The translations under genes were made by a program, and so were the position numbers. Shown one piece after another: positions 47,543 to 58,788 of a stretch of DNA of 63,660 nucleotides. How positions within the stretch are numbered: the first letter of the stretch is position 1; every line of letters begins with the position of its first letter. Where the stretch lies: assembly GCF_000281045.1 (NCBI RefSeq), contig NW_008246094.1, positions 312,949 through 376,608 of the forward strand, given 5' to 3'. The notes below the pieces were generated by a model. The model did not search any database. It saw nothing but the letters and a program-made list of their open reading frames with translations, and had not been told where the DNA came from. The DNA is from Saprolegnia diclina VS20 (taxonomy: Eukaryota).

Positions 47543-50438
47543 GATTCTTGGAATGAATATCCTAATTAGGTCATTAAGGCCTGGACTTAGGAAAATAGGT
47601 CTCTGCCAGCTTTCATTAGGCAACCATCATGCTCGTTGTCACCGGTGTGTTGCTCGACGCACAGCTCATACGCCTGGCCGCTCGGTGGCTCGTTCGCAAT
47701 GACAGTCGTTCGAGCCCAGATTGATCGGTGTCGCCGCAGCGTTCATTGGCATGTGAGACCGAGAAACCGTGGCGCTGGTGGTTTGTGGTATTTGCCAAAT
47801 ATAAAATTTATAGCCGTATTTAGTCTTAGTTGCACCTCCTCAGACTCTCAACGCTTAGTCGACCCACTCTCATTGCAACACGAAATCGCCCACGCTTGGC
47901 ACGTTGGTAGAGTAAACATATTAGGAAGAGCAAGGTCTACCATTGTGTGGGGTATTGTATGCACACGGTAGGCCAAGATCGCTGTGCTACACGTCTCTAT
48001 ACAGTTATTGAGGGTTTGAAACTTTAGGCACCCATAACTCAGGTTATACGCCTCAAACGCCGACGTGACATAGCGTTTTGAGCTCTCCTAGATGTGTTGA
48101 ATGCACTTGCCAAATATGAGCGATATTGTTTTCAGACTTGATTTGCCCACCAGAGTGCCGCCGCACTCAGGGAAGAGTCCTGTAATACACTATTCGATGC
48201 CATGTACTATTACACTAATTCAGTCATTTGTTTTGCCGGGCTGTTGTGCTGACTTGCGGTGCAGTCAAGACGGGAGCAACGCAGTTACGTGGTGTCGAAG
48301 GTGGATATTATTCACCCTACGTGACTCTTTTGCTTGTGTCGCCGATGCACCTTCGTAATTCCTCGGCGACGACATGTTTTTAGCGGACCCTCAGACCAAC
48401 TGGAGCCGGGTCACCAGCGAACGGCGTCAGCTCAGCGGTCACGATTGGCCGTAGCACACAGAAAAGTTGGACAGAAGTTAGTACTAGCTAGTTACTGGTG
48501 ATGTCGAACGCCTCATCACTTAGTTTAAGACCATGGCTCGCAGCCATCTCGACCGCTAGCTCGCGGTGACGCATCGCACGTCTCCCTTCAAGCAGTGGTG
48601 GTGTCGATGAGAGGTGTCCCTTGAGCGCGGACGATACGTGGAGAATGAAATGACACTGGTGTGTGGTGTAGAGATGCATTAATGCATGGGATATGCCTAA
48701 ATCAACGATAACAAGTTTTTGCGCCAGACACCCGGCAACGGCGCTGGCATTATCGCAGTTCGTGGTCATTTTGCCGATGCAACGGCGTCAAAGCGTCAAG
48801 TCCTAGCTCCATGGGCCGATTCGTCGCTGATTTCAAAGGTCTTTATGTTTTCAGATTGGAATACCAAGATGTAGTGTTTGGCGAAAGCTCCAACTCTGTA
48901 CCGCCACCTTTGGCGGCGCATTGAACGTGCACGAATCTTTTCATTCCGTCACTTTCTTGTGTTTCTGAAGCCAAATTTGACCACAGCGTTCGTGAACTAG
49001 CCTTAGTGGCTCATCCGGAGCTAAGTAGTCTGGTACATCTGCAGGACCTTGGCTAATTGTCAACTTGGCTCCAACGGTTCATGCCACGAATACACATGAG
49101 CTTGCTCGGATCCTTAGTACAATGTATGTTGCCTCTTGAACAAAGAGTAGAGCCTTGGTTGCACCACCTAGACGTGCTGGAAGTCCCGACTTGATCGACA
49201 ACGCCGCTGTAAAGACAGGGATGTGCCGCTTTGTGAGGATGCAGAGACGCCCGCCTTGTCCTTCCTGAATGTAGTGACGCGGGCGACGTGCCCTTGGTCG
49301 CAGCGCCATAGAACCATCATTAGACTGTCTGGCCATACTTGTGGCGCCGCATCCTCCAGCTTCGCCCAATTTTTAGCGTCACCATCATCACAAAACAATG
49401 CTATGCAGAGTTTCTTTTCGGATCCAGCTTCCAGATTGGTTCTTGTCGCCACTCGCATCTCGTCCTACAAAGTCACTCATCCAATGTTCCAGGTGCCCCC
49501 GGTACAATTATACCGAACGACGAGGTCGTTGAACCAAGCTTGCACGACCTCCTCCCGACCGAATCTGGCGCATCAACGCGCCTTGGCATGCGTAATGGCG
49601 CGTTGAAGCAACTTGGAATCCAAGATCCACACCCTAGATTCATGCATCAATTGACTGTCCGTGACGTGGGAAATGGCAATTCCCACGGATTTCCGACGCA
49701 CGTCATGCCGTGCATGCTGCTGGAGGGCGCTGTGGGAAAGGCGGTGTGGATTTCCCACACTGGGATGAATCTACGGATATCCTTATCCGGATTCAGAAGA
49801 TTCTTTTTCTTATTTTGCGTTGTGGTTTTTTAATCATTACACAGGGAGTTTGTATGAAAACGCCATTGCGAAAAAGAACGCACTCGCAACGCGGATCTTT
49901 GGTCGCCAGTGAAACGGCCTTTCGCAGAACGCATGCTGATTGGTCCAACCCCGTCGGGTTCTTTTTTTGGGCCACGTTTTTGGATTCAATGCCGATAGCA
50001 TTTGAATCTTCACCCACCATTGGACGATGGCTGTAGAAATCATTTTGGCCAATCACAGGCGCTGTAACAATTGTGATTCGATACACTATAAGAAACTATA
50101 GTAAGGAATCTGGCAGGCGGGGCCGTTGGTTCTGATGCGCGGGCTTTCTGATATTTTTTTGCCCGAGGCTTTGTATTTTAAAGTGCTAATATTCGAGAGA
50201 ATAAAACAGAATCCTCGGTCATATATTGCGCACTAGGAATGTTTATACTAAATACAAGTGTATTTGGTGGCCTATTTCGATTCAGACAATTAATTTGCAT
50301 CTTGGCGGCGACGAGATTCACGGACTTTTCGATAAAAGTATTGGTGACGTCGAATAATAATAACCCATTTTCGTGACCACCGTGCAGGTTGACACCATAA
50401 GCGATTTTGCTCTTATCACCTCAACACCTCACAGCAAC

Positions 50439-51581
50439 ATGATGCTTGCGATGCAACCTACGATGCCAACGACAATGCGGCCATCGAGCTTGGACGAGAT
50501 CAGCATGGGCATGAGCATGAACATCAACATGCCCGCCAACCTCTCGGTGCCGATGCAGATGGAAGCCTGCAAGCGCGGGTGGGTCGCTCCGTTCCTGCTG
50601 CACCTTCACCAGATGCTCCGCCGCGAGTCGCCCCAGATCATCCGCTGGACGCTGGACGGCAAGGCGTTCGAGATCCTCGACAAGGCCACGATGACCGAGA
50701 AGATTCTGCCCAAGTACTTCCGCAACAAGAACTTTGCCAGCTTCCAGCGTCAACTCAACTACTTTGGCTTCCGCAAGTGGTCCAAGTCGCGCGCGATGCA
50801 CTCGACGTACTCGCGCGAGCACTTCACGCGCGACAACTTTGACGAGCTCGTGTACGTCAAGCGCCAGAGCAAGAGCAGCAAGAAGGCCAAGGACGAGAGC
50901 TCGACCGACAAGAGCGATATGGACATGGAGAGCGACACCTCGTCGCCGGTCGTGATGGCGCTGCCGTCGCCGGTCATCCCGGCCGCGCCGCTGAGCCCGT
51001 CGATTGGCTCGCTCTCGCCGCACTCGGTGTCTTTTGTCCTCTCGAACGACGACGACTTGCCGGCCGCCAAGCCGTTCAACACGCACTTCAGCGTGCCGGC
51101 GCTTTCGGAGATGCGCCAGACGTCGCCGCTCCACCACATTCGCCTGCCGTCGCTGCACCAGATGGTGCCGTCGATGGCGACCTCGTGGAGCCCGTCAAGC
51201 TCGCCCAAGACGGATTCGTCGTGCGCCTCGCCCCAGCCAGTCAAGGTCGACTACAACACGAAGGAGCTCTCTGGCCTCTCGGCCGCGCGCTTCATCCGCG
51301 GTCTCTACGACATGATCTCGTCCGACAACGGCGAGCGCATTTGCTGGAGCGACGACGGCGCCTCGTTTACGGTCGTCAACTCGTCCAAGCTCGCTTGGGA
51401 AGCATTGCCGCAGTACTTCAAGCACAACAAGTATCGCAGCTTCCAGCAGCAGCTCAACATGTACGGCTTCTCCAAGGCCTCCAAGGCCCGCGCTTCGTCG
51501 TGCGTGTACAGCCACCCGCTCTTCCGCCGCGGCCACTTTACCGATCTCTGCCGCATCGCGCGCAAGACCAGCATGGCCTAA
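50439..51581 (+). CDS. Heat-shock-factor-family transcription factor with two HSF DNA-binding domains
   Basis: DBD1 (~50585-50870): PFLLHLHQML...IIRW...ILPKYFRNKNFASFQRQLNYFGFRK. DBD2 (~51283-51570): RFIRGLYDMI...ICWSDDG...LPQYFKHNKYRSFQQQLNMYGFSK...YSHPLFRRG. Intronless. Confidence 0.93.
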   Translation: MMLAMQPTMPTTMRPSSLDEISMGMSMNINMPANLSVPMQMEACKRGWVAPFLLHLHQMLRRESPQIIRWTLDGKAFEILDKATMTEKILPKYFRNKNFASFQRQLNYFGFRKWSKSRAMHSTYSREHFTRDNFDELVYVKRQSKSSKKAKDESSTDKSDMDMESDTSSPVVMALPSPVIPAAPLSPSIGSLSPHSVSFVLSNDDDLPAAKPFNTHFSVPALSEMRQTSPLHHIRLPSLHQMVPSMATSWSPSSSPKTDSSCASPQPVKVDYNTKELSGLSAARFIRGLYDMISSDNGERICWSDDGASFTVVNSSKLAWEALPQYFKHNKYRSFQQQLNMYGFSKASKARASSCVYSHPLFRRGHFTDLCRIARKTSMA

Positions 51582-52759
51582 GCGAACGGCCCATCTTATT
51601 TATCCCTGCCGTTCAGTAGTTTCCTGTATATAGACTGTCCTTTGTTAACTTATTTGATATAATTGCACCTTTTGTGTGATCAACAACTAGCTCTTGCCTG
51701 GAAGGACATGACAAGTTGTGCTCCTCTGGTGCTTCTCGTACACGGCCTCGTCGCGTGGAGTATCCCAGTTGCGCCACTGTGCCGAGCCCCATGAAGCGGA
51801 CCGTCACCTGATGGCTCGTCGTCGAGTAGCTATCATCCGTCCAACTCTGCGCTTCAAGGGCAGCCACCACAGAGCGCATCAATAGGCTGCTACAGAAGCA
51901 CTACGAGAGACCCTTGGTCGAGACGCAGGAATGCGCCATACAATAACCAAGATACATTTTAGAAGCTGTGAGCGGGCGCGGGTCGGACGCATATTTTCCG
52001 GCCACATTACGTCCACGTTGTACACGTGGAGATTCTACACGATGATGGAATCTTGGTCTTGGTCGGGCGCTAATTCCACGCAACTCGCTCGCCAAGTCCT
52101 CAACGCACAGGATTAGAGCGTACACGTGAGCTCGAGCGCGAGGCTTCAAGCTGTCGTAATACCGTGACTGCCGCGGCGCACGCGTTGCAAATTGGTGCCG
52201 CCGGCTCGTCAACGCCACCCGCGCGCGGCCCGTCGAGCCCATACAAACACCAAGGTAATCTTGGCCCGCGTCACGCGAGCTGGGCGTGTCAACTGCATAC
52301 ATGATCCCGTGCTGACGCTGACGACAACGCGACCCCAATAGCGGTAGCTCCAGTCGCAGACGTGCCGGCACACTGTGGCTTCCGACACTAGCCGGACGGT
52401 CAGTGTCTATGGTTTACTAAGTAAGGAAGAAACCAAGCCGCACAGAGGCACGTGCAAGCTACGATGGCGTCGACCATGCGACAGCGGTTGAAGGTGGCGC
52501 GGCCACGCTGACGCACGCGACGGCGCGTTCTTTGGCCCTTTGATTACAAGATATAGCTATACGTACTAGGTAGGACGAGGTATTTGTCGCTTGTGTCGGC
52601 CGACTGCGTGGCGCGTCTGTGGCGCGCGGTGATAGACGGTGCAGGAGAACATATGCATTTTCATGCCTCAGCACTGTTGGCAATGGGGTGTGGCGGCCCG
52701 TCCGGATACGCGTGGCGTGAATTGACTTGTTGGGATTTTGCTTTCGCCGACGGACGAGC

Positions 52760-55583
52760 ATGGGCAACGAAGCGTCGCAGATGGGGGGCAACGCGCTCGA
52801 CATGTCGTCCCGGAACCTCAGCAGCACCTGCCTCGCAGGCATGGACGAGCCTGGCGCCGGCCTCCGCTCGGCGCCCTTCCTCTCGGAGACGAGCTACGAC
52901 GCGAGCCGCGCCGAGAACCTCGAGTCGCTCGACCTCCAGAGCGGCTTTGAGTGGGAAGGCTTCGTCTCCAAGAAGGGCCATCTCGTGCGCAACTGGAAGC
53001 TGCGCTACTTCACGCTCGAGTCGAATCTGCTCTCGTACTATGAGAGCAAGGAGGACGCGCGGAAGCGGCGCCACCTCAAGGGCCGCGTGCACCTCACACG
53101 CGTCCATATCATCGAGGGCAAGAGCGCACATGGCTACGACTTTACCTTCGACACACAAGAAGGCAAGCCATTCCACGTCTCGACAACGACCGAGCTCGAC
53201 CAAATCGCGTGGGTCAAGGTCATGCAGGTACGGCGACGACATGACAACGATAGCGTCATGGTCTATCGCAGGCGGGCATCGACTGGTTCAACCTCAACAA
53301 CGCTGGCCAGTCCATCTACGGCAGCTCGCTTCTCTCCAAGACGCCGTTTTGCAACGCCGAGACGCTCTACTCGCTCTACCGGCGCGTGCTCTCGAACGAA
53401 CCGAACCTCGTCGACGAGTTCCTCGCCTTCTTCAACAAAGGTACGTGATATCTCCCCGCGCTTTGCTCATGCGGCGCAGACCTCGTCTTCTCGTCCTACT
53501 ACCCGCGCAAGTTTCCCTTCCACGGCGACTTTTTCGGGCGCGAAGGCATCCTCTTCTTCCTCAGCACGTTCCGCGAGAGCATGGATATCCTCGAATTCAC
53601 CATCAGCGACGTGACGATGGAGCGCGACGGCAAGGTCGCGACCATTAAAGGCCACGAGAAGCTCCGGTCCAAGCAGAACGGCGCCGACGTCGTCCAGCCG
53701 TGGGTCCACCGCATCCGGTTTGGTCCGTACGGCAAGATCATTCGGCTCAAGATTGAGATCGACACGAAGATGGCCAAAGGCAACTGGAACGCGCTGGGCA
53801 TGCAGACCATCTACCCGGAAGAGGTCATTGCCGCCATGCGCTCGACGCGCGCGCTCTCGATCTCGCTCCAGGATTTCACAGTCTACAACGTCATTGGGAA
53901 GGGCGGCTTTGGCACGGTCGTGAGCGCGGTCAAGAAGAGCGACGGGCAAATCTACGCGCTCAAGATCCTCGAGAAGGGCAAAATGACCAAGTACGACATT
54001 GAGTCGTCGTTCACCGAGATGCGCGTCGCCCAAAACATCCACCATCCGTTCATTGCCGGCCTCCGCATCGCGTTCCAGTCGCAGACCAAGCTCTTCCTCG
54101 GCATGCACTACTACAACGGCGGCGACCTCTTCCACCACATGTCGAAAGGCTCGAGTTCGCGCATCTCAGCCGCGCGCGCCAAGTTTTACACGGCCGAGCT
54201 CGTCCTCGGTATCCACCACTTGCACCAGCACGACATTCTCTACCGGTCCGACGACGATGAACTCTCGTAGGCTCAAGCTTTCTGTATGTAGAGACATCAA
54301 GCCCGAGAACGTCATGATCGACGCCGACGGCCACATTGCGCTCGTGGACTTTGGCCTCGCCAAGCTGCACGTGTCGGAGTTTAAGGGCGCCAAGACGATG
54401 GCGGGCTCGCCGCAGTACACGGCGCCCGAGCTGCTCTTGCCAAAAGCGAAGCGGTCGTACGGCAAGGCGGCCGACTGGTGGAGTCTCGGCATCCTCCTTT
54501 ACGAGATGAGCATTGGCAAGTCGCCGTTCTTCGACAGCAACATTGAAAAGATGTACCAGAAGATCCAGAACGACCCGGTCATGTTCCCGCCGACGCCCGA
54601 GACGTCGCGCGAGCTCCAGGACTTGCTCCTCGGCCTCCTTCGGAAGGACCCGCACCAGCGTTACGGCAGCGCGATCTCGGACATTCTCCAGCACCCGTAC
54701 TTTGCCGACATCAACTGGGACAAGTTGCTCCAGAAGAAGATTGAGGCGCCGTGGAAGCCCCACCTCGTACGCTGCCCGCCCTTGTTGCCACGGAAACTAA
54801 GGACCTCTGGTGTAGACGTCGACGCTGGACGTCAAGTATGTCGACTCGGAGTTTACCGAGCTCGACGTCTCGGAAGAGGTCATGTCGCCGACGGACAAGG
54901 CGTCCAAGAACATTCTCTTTGACAAGTTCGAGAGGATATTCGTGCCGCGCAGCCAACGCAAGACGCCGGCGCCGGCGCAGGACCCGACGTTCAAGGACTT
55001 TACGTACTTTTGCGAGGACCCAAACGCCCTCGTGGCCGTCGAGTCGCTCGTCGACGAGCTCCACACAAAGGACACGGTCGCGAGCCGGCGCGGCGCCGAC
55101 GCGATCGTGAGCGCCGACGGTCTTGACGACGGCAACGGCACGCCGCTCTCGTCCTTTATCGCGAACGACCGCCCGGACCTCGGCGCGTCGCCCGACATTT
55201 ACCCGATGGACCCGCATCTGAACCCGCCGTACAACTCGACGATGCCGGGCACGTCGAGCTCGCGGCGCCTCGAGGAATTTCGACACCAGAGCAATAGCAG
55301 CAATGGAGCGTCGAATGGGTTGGGCACCCCACCCAAGCCCATGGACCGGCTGCCGCCGCGCGCAACGTCGGTACCGCTCCTCCCGCCCAAGCCGACGCAG
55401 CGCGCGTCGGACGTCAAGAAGCACGAGGACGCGGCCGACGTTGAGATCTTTCGAAGGGCGCCAGTGACGCCATCGTCGTCATCGGCAGCGCCGAATGCGA
55501 ATGCGAGTTTGACACCGGCCGCGACGCCCGTCTTTTTCCGCAACTCGTTTCGCCACTCGTTCCGGTCCGACCCATCGGCGTAA
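52760..55583 (+). CDS. AGC-family (Akt/PKB-like) kinase: myristoylation motif, PH, SnoaL/NTF2-like, kinase, AGC C-terminal tail
   Basis: Starts MGNEAS. PH domain EGFVSKKGHLVRNWKLRYFTL...AWVKVM. Kinase motifs IGKGGFGTV, ALK, YR|DIKPEN, DFG, APE, DWWSLG. Hydrophobic motif FKDFTY. Four short introns. Confidence 0.92.
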
Positions 55584-55720
55584 GACGCAAGCGCGTCCTC
55601 CACTTCGACTACTACTTGTCTGCGATATACTACAACTTACTACACACCACATCTGATACTACTCGGCCTTGACAACTACGCTGGATAGTCTAGATGTAAA
55701 CTAGAATTATATGCATGGGG

Positions 55721-57467
55721 TTAAAACTCGTCAAAGCCGTCGAAAGGCGACGGCGACGGGCGCGAAAGGAGATCGGAAATCCCATTGTAGAGCATGCCGA
55801 GACCGCCGCTCGAGTAGAGACGGCCAAGGGCCCAGAGCAAGACGACGTAGAGCACAGGCTTCATCGCTTGGCTGCTCTGGCTTGAGTCCTGCGACTCGGT
55901 TTGAGATGGAGACGGCGCCCGGCAGAGCTTGGTCGCAAGTACATTGCGCGCTGTCGCCTACACCAGCAGGGTCAGCGAGAGACGCGACTGCATTCGCGGT
56001 ACGAGGCGCTCGGCGGCATCAAGGGCGACGACGCCTTCGGCGCGCAAGAGCGTCGAGATCTCGTCGTCTGAGAGCGTCGGGAGGATCTCGTCGGCTTCGA
56101 GCAGCGCAGTGTCAAACGCCGAGAGCTGAGCTAGAGGCATGTCGTCCTATCGCTGCTTTACCAGGATATGACTCCACCTCGGGGTCGGGGCTTCTTCGAC
56201 GCAGCCGGTGTCGTGCCGTTGGCCAAGTGCTCGGACTGGAGGTCCGCGAGCATCTTTTGCACGCGCACGTCGGTCAGGTCAATGCTACATACACGCACGA
56301 TAGGCTGCCACGTCATGGCTCCTCGACCGCTCGCACCCGTTGGCGTGGCCGTCGGCAATCATGTCGGGCGTCGGGTTGTAAAAGTCGACGGGCGCTGGGG
56401 CCCGTGTCGCCGCGGCCTTGGCTTCATCGATCTTGGCTTGCAGCTCCCGCGCGCTCTCGAGCTCGCCCTTGGCCTCGTACATGCGCACGACCGCGTTCGC
56501 GTCGGCAAGCTACACGACATATTGCTGCACTGAACCGGACCACATCGCGTCTTGTTGCACCTCTTGCTCCATTTGCTTGCGCCGCGCGTCGGCCGCGTCC
56601 ACGGGCTCATCGGGCGTGTCGACGACGACGCCACGATCAAACATGCCCTGGAACGTCGCCTTGTCGAGCTGCTTTTGCTTGATCGAGTCGTCGCGGAGTT
56701 GGCGGTAGAGCTTCCTATGCGTCGTGTCGGTGCACTTATCGTCTTGCAGAACGTACCGAATCTCGACGCTCGTCGGGTCCAGTTTGCACGCAGTGTCGAG
56801 ATCGCGGAGCGCCTTTTCAAACTCGACGGCGCCCGACGACAAGGGCGTGATGAGCGCTTGGGCGCGGCTACTCGCGCTCATGTAGAGACCGTGGAGATGG
56901 CGATCGCACACCGGTAGAAGGCCTTGGCGCAAGTGCTGTCGAGCGCAATGGCATCGTCGCAGGCAACGATCGCGACGGGAAATTCCTTTAGGCGCATTTT
57001 GCAGACTACGTATGTGTGAAGGCACTATGCAAAATATGACGCGGACCGCTAATGTTGAGGTACAGCGACGCTTGGAGCGACGTGAGCTCGATCGCGTCGG
57101 CGGCCGACTCGGGCGTGTACATGACGACGCGGATGTCGTCGTCGTGGATGCCCTTCTTCTTCCAGTTCACGTCGGCGTTCTCGCAGTACTTGAAGATCGA
57201 GAGCGCCATTTCGTACTGCGCGACCGCTTCTTCGTACTGCTGGTCGGCGAAGAAGGCGTTGCCTTTCTGCTTGATCTCGAGCGCGGCTGCTTTTCGGGCC
57301 CCGAACGGCTGCGTCCGAAGCGTCACAATGGGCTCCGACATGAACATCGAGTGCTGAAAGTAGGTCGGCCACGCGTCCCAGACGGGTCGCAGCTGCGCTT
57401 GCTGCGCACCCTTGAGCTTGACTGCCTCGGCCATGAGGTTGCCGAACGGCGAGTCCTTTCCCATCAT
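55721..57467 (-). CDS. FKBP-type TPR protein with a C-terminal membrane anchor
   Basis: ALEIKQKGNAFFADQQYEEAVAQYEMAL, SLYLNIS|VCKMRL, AKAFYR..RAQA, LDP and DKATFQGMF. Last exon encodes hydrophobic PVLYVVLLWALGRLY...FDEF*. Multiple short introns; no PPIase domain seen. Confidence 0.8.
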
Positions 57468-57864
57468 CGTGGCGGCGGGCGTGTGGAAGTGAAGCGTCGC
57501 GAAAAAGATCCGCATCCGCCGTCGCCCATTGGTTCGAAATGTGGCCAATCCTAGATCGTTTCGAACGCTCTCGAATGCAATGTTTTTGGCCAATCCAGCG
57601 TCAGAATCATGAAATTGGTGACCCAGGCATGGCTGTGATGGACAGACGATGCCACGCGCAATGCTAGTCCTTGGCGACCGTCCATTTCGCATGCAGTAAT
57701 GTCAGTCCAATTTTGGGCCTGCCTTGCCGGAATATTGACCACAATGCCCTAATATTCCCGTAATTTTTGGACCCAGAGACCAAGAACCGGTAGACGGGCC
57801 ACACCTGATTGCGATCGACTTTGAACTGCGCATACAGGTGCAGGTCAAGCGGCAAGACTCGGAC

Positions 57865-58788
57865 TCATGCATGGCACAAAGAGAACGCTTCGAAGCGATT
57901 CGACGAGGCGCCACCTCGGGGTGTCGGACTTGCCGGACACACGCCAGGCTTGGCCGCGCACCAGCTGCGACATCGAGGAGGGCGGCTGCAAGAAGAGCAA
58001 GAAGGCTCCTGCCGCCATTCAGGGTGGCAAGAAGGCCACGTCTGCACCGCCATTTTCTCCGTCGCTTCGACATCAACATTGATGAACCTGTCCATGCGAC
58101 CGAGACAGCATGTAATGCAAATAGCAGACGCGAGCCAGCGAGATGGGCACCGAGACGTGCAGTAGAAAAAAGAAGAAATAAGTTATTAGATGTCTTTGCC
58201 ACGAATGTACCACGTGGCTTTGGGGGCATGGAGCACGTGGGCGGCTGACCCGTTGGTTGCGAGGAGGTTTTGCATCACGCTGTCCTGGAGCGCGCGGTGC
58301 TCGTTGGTCATGACAACGTCGATCTTGGGGTTGTCGACGGTCGAGCGCAGACGCCCTTTCTTCGTCCGCGTCACGATCGGGTGCAGGCGACCCATCGGGT
58401 CCTCGAGTGCCCAGCGATCGTGGGACATGAGGTCGACTTGGGCGAGGCGAAAGCTGCCGTGGACCACTCGCGACCGGATGCGTCGCTCGACCATCGACGT
58501 GGACGCTTCTTCGTGGACGCCGCCCTCGTAGAGCGAGTTGCGGCGCGTCTCACGCTGGCGTCGCCGCCGCTCGAGGATTTCATCGCGCGAGTAGAGGCTC
58601 GACTGCGGCGTCGTGCTGGCCGCGCGGCGGTTCGCAGCCACAAAGAGCTTTTGCAGCATAAGAAAGGTCTCGTCGTCGTCCTGGGGCTCGGGCTCGTCGT
58701 TCATATAGGGCGGTGGTGTACTCTCGTCGTGTGCGCTGGGCAGGTACCGCTCGGGCTTGTGCACCGCTAGTGGATAAACGTCGGTCAT
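57865..58788 (-). CDS. Hypothetical protein
   Basis: 200-aa ORF 58186..58788 with coding-like composition. Probably spliced (GTACAT donor near 58211, CAG acceptor near 58088) to a Cys/Pro-rich last exon ending at 57865. The 3' end is uncertain and may be 58186. Confidence 0.55.

Noticed and set aside
49780..50370. Heat-shock elements upstream of the HSF gene (autoregulation)
   Set aside because: Only an isolated two-unit GAAnnTTC match was seen, with no three-unit inverted nGAAn array.
51613..52371. Minus-strand ORFs between the HSF and kinase genes
   Set aside because: No ATG-led coherent model or recognisable motif. It may be a decayed fragment but cannot be supported.
57520..57570. GGTTCGAA T-loop-like sequence suggesting a tRNA
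   Set aside because: No cloverleaf stems or A-box could be built, and it lies in a CCAAT-containing promoter.
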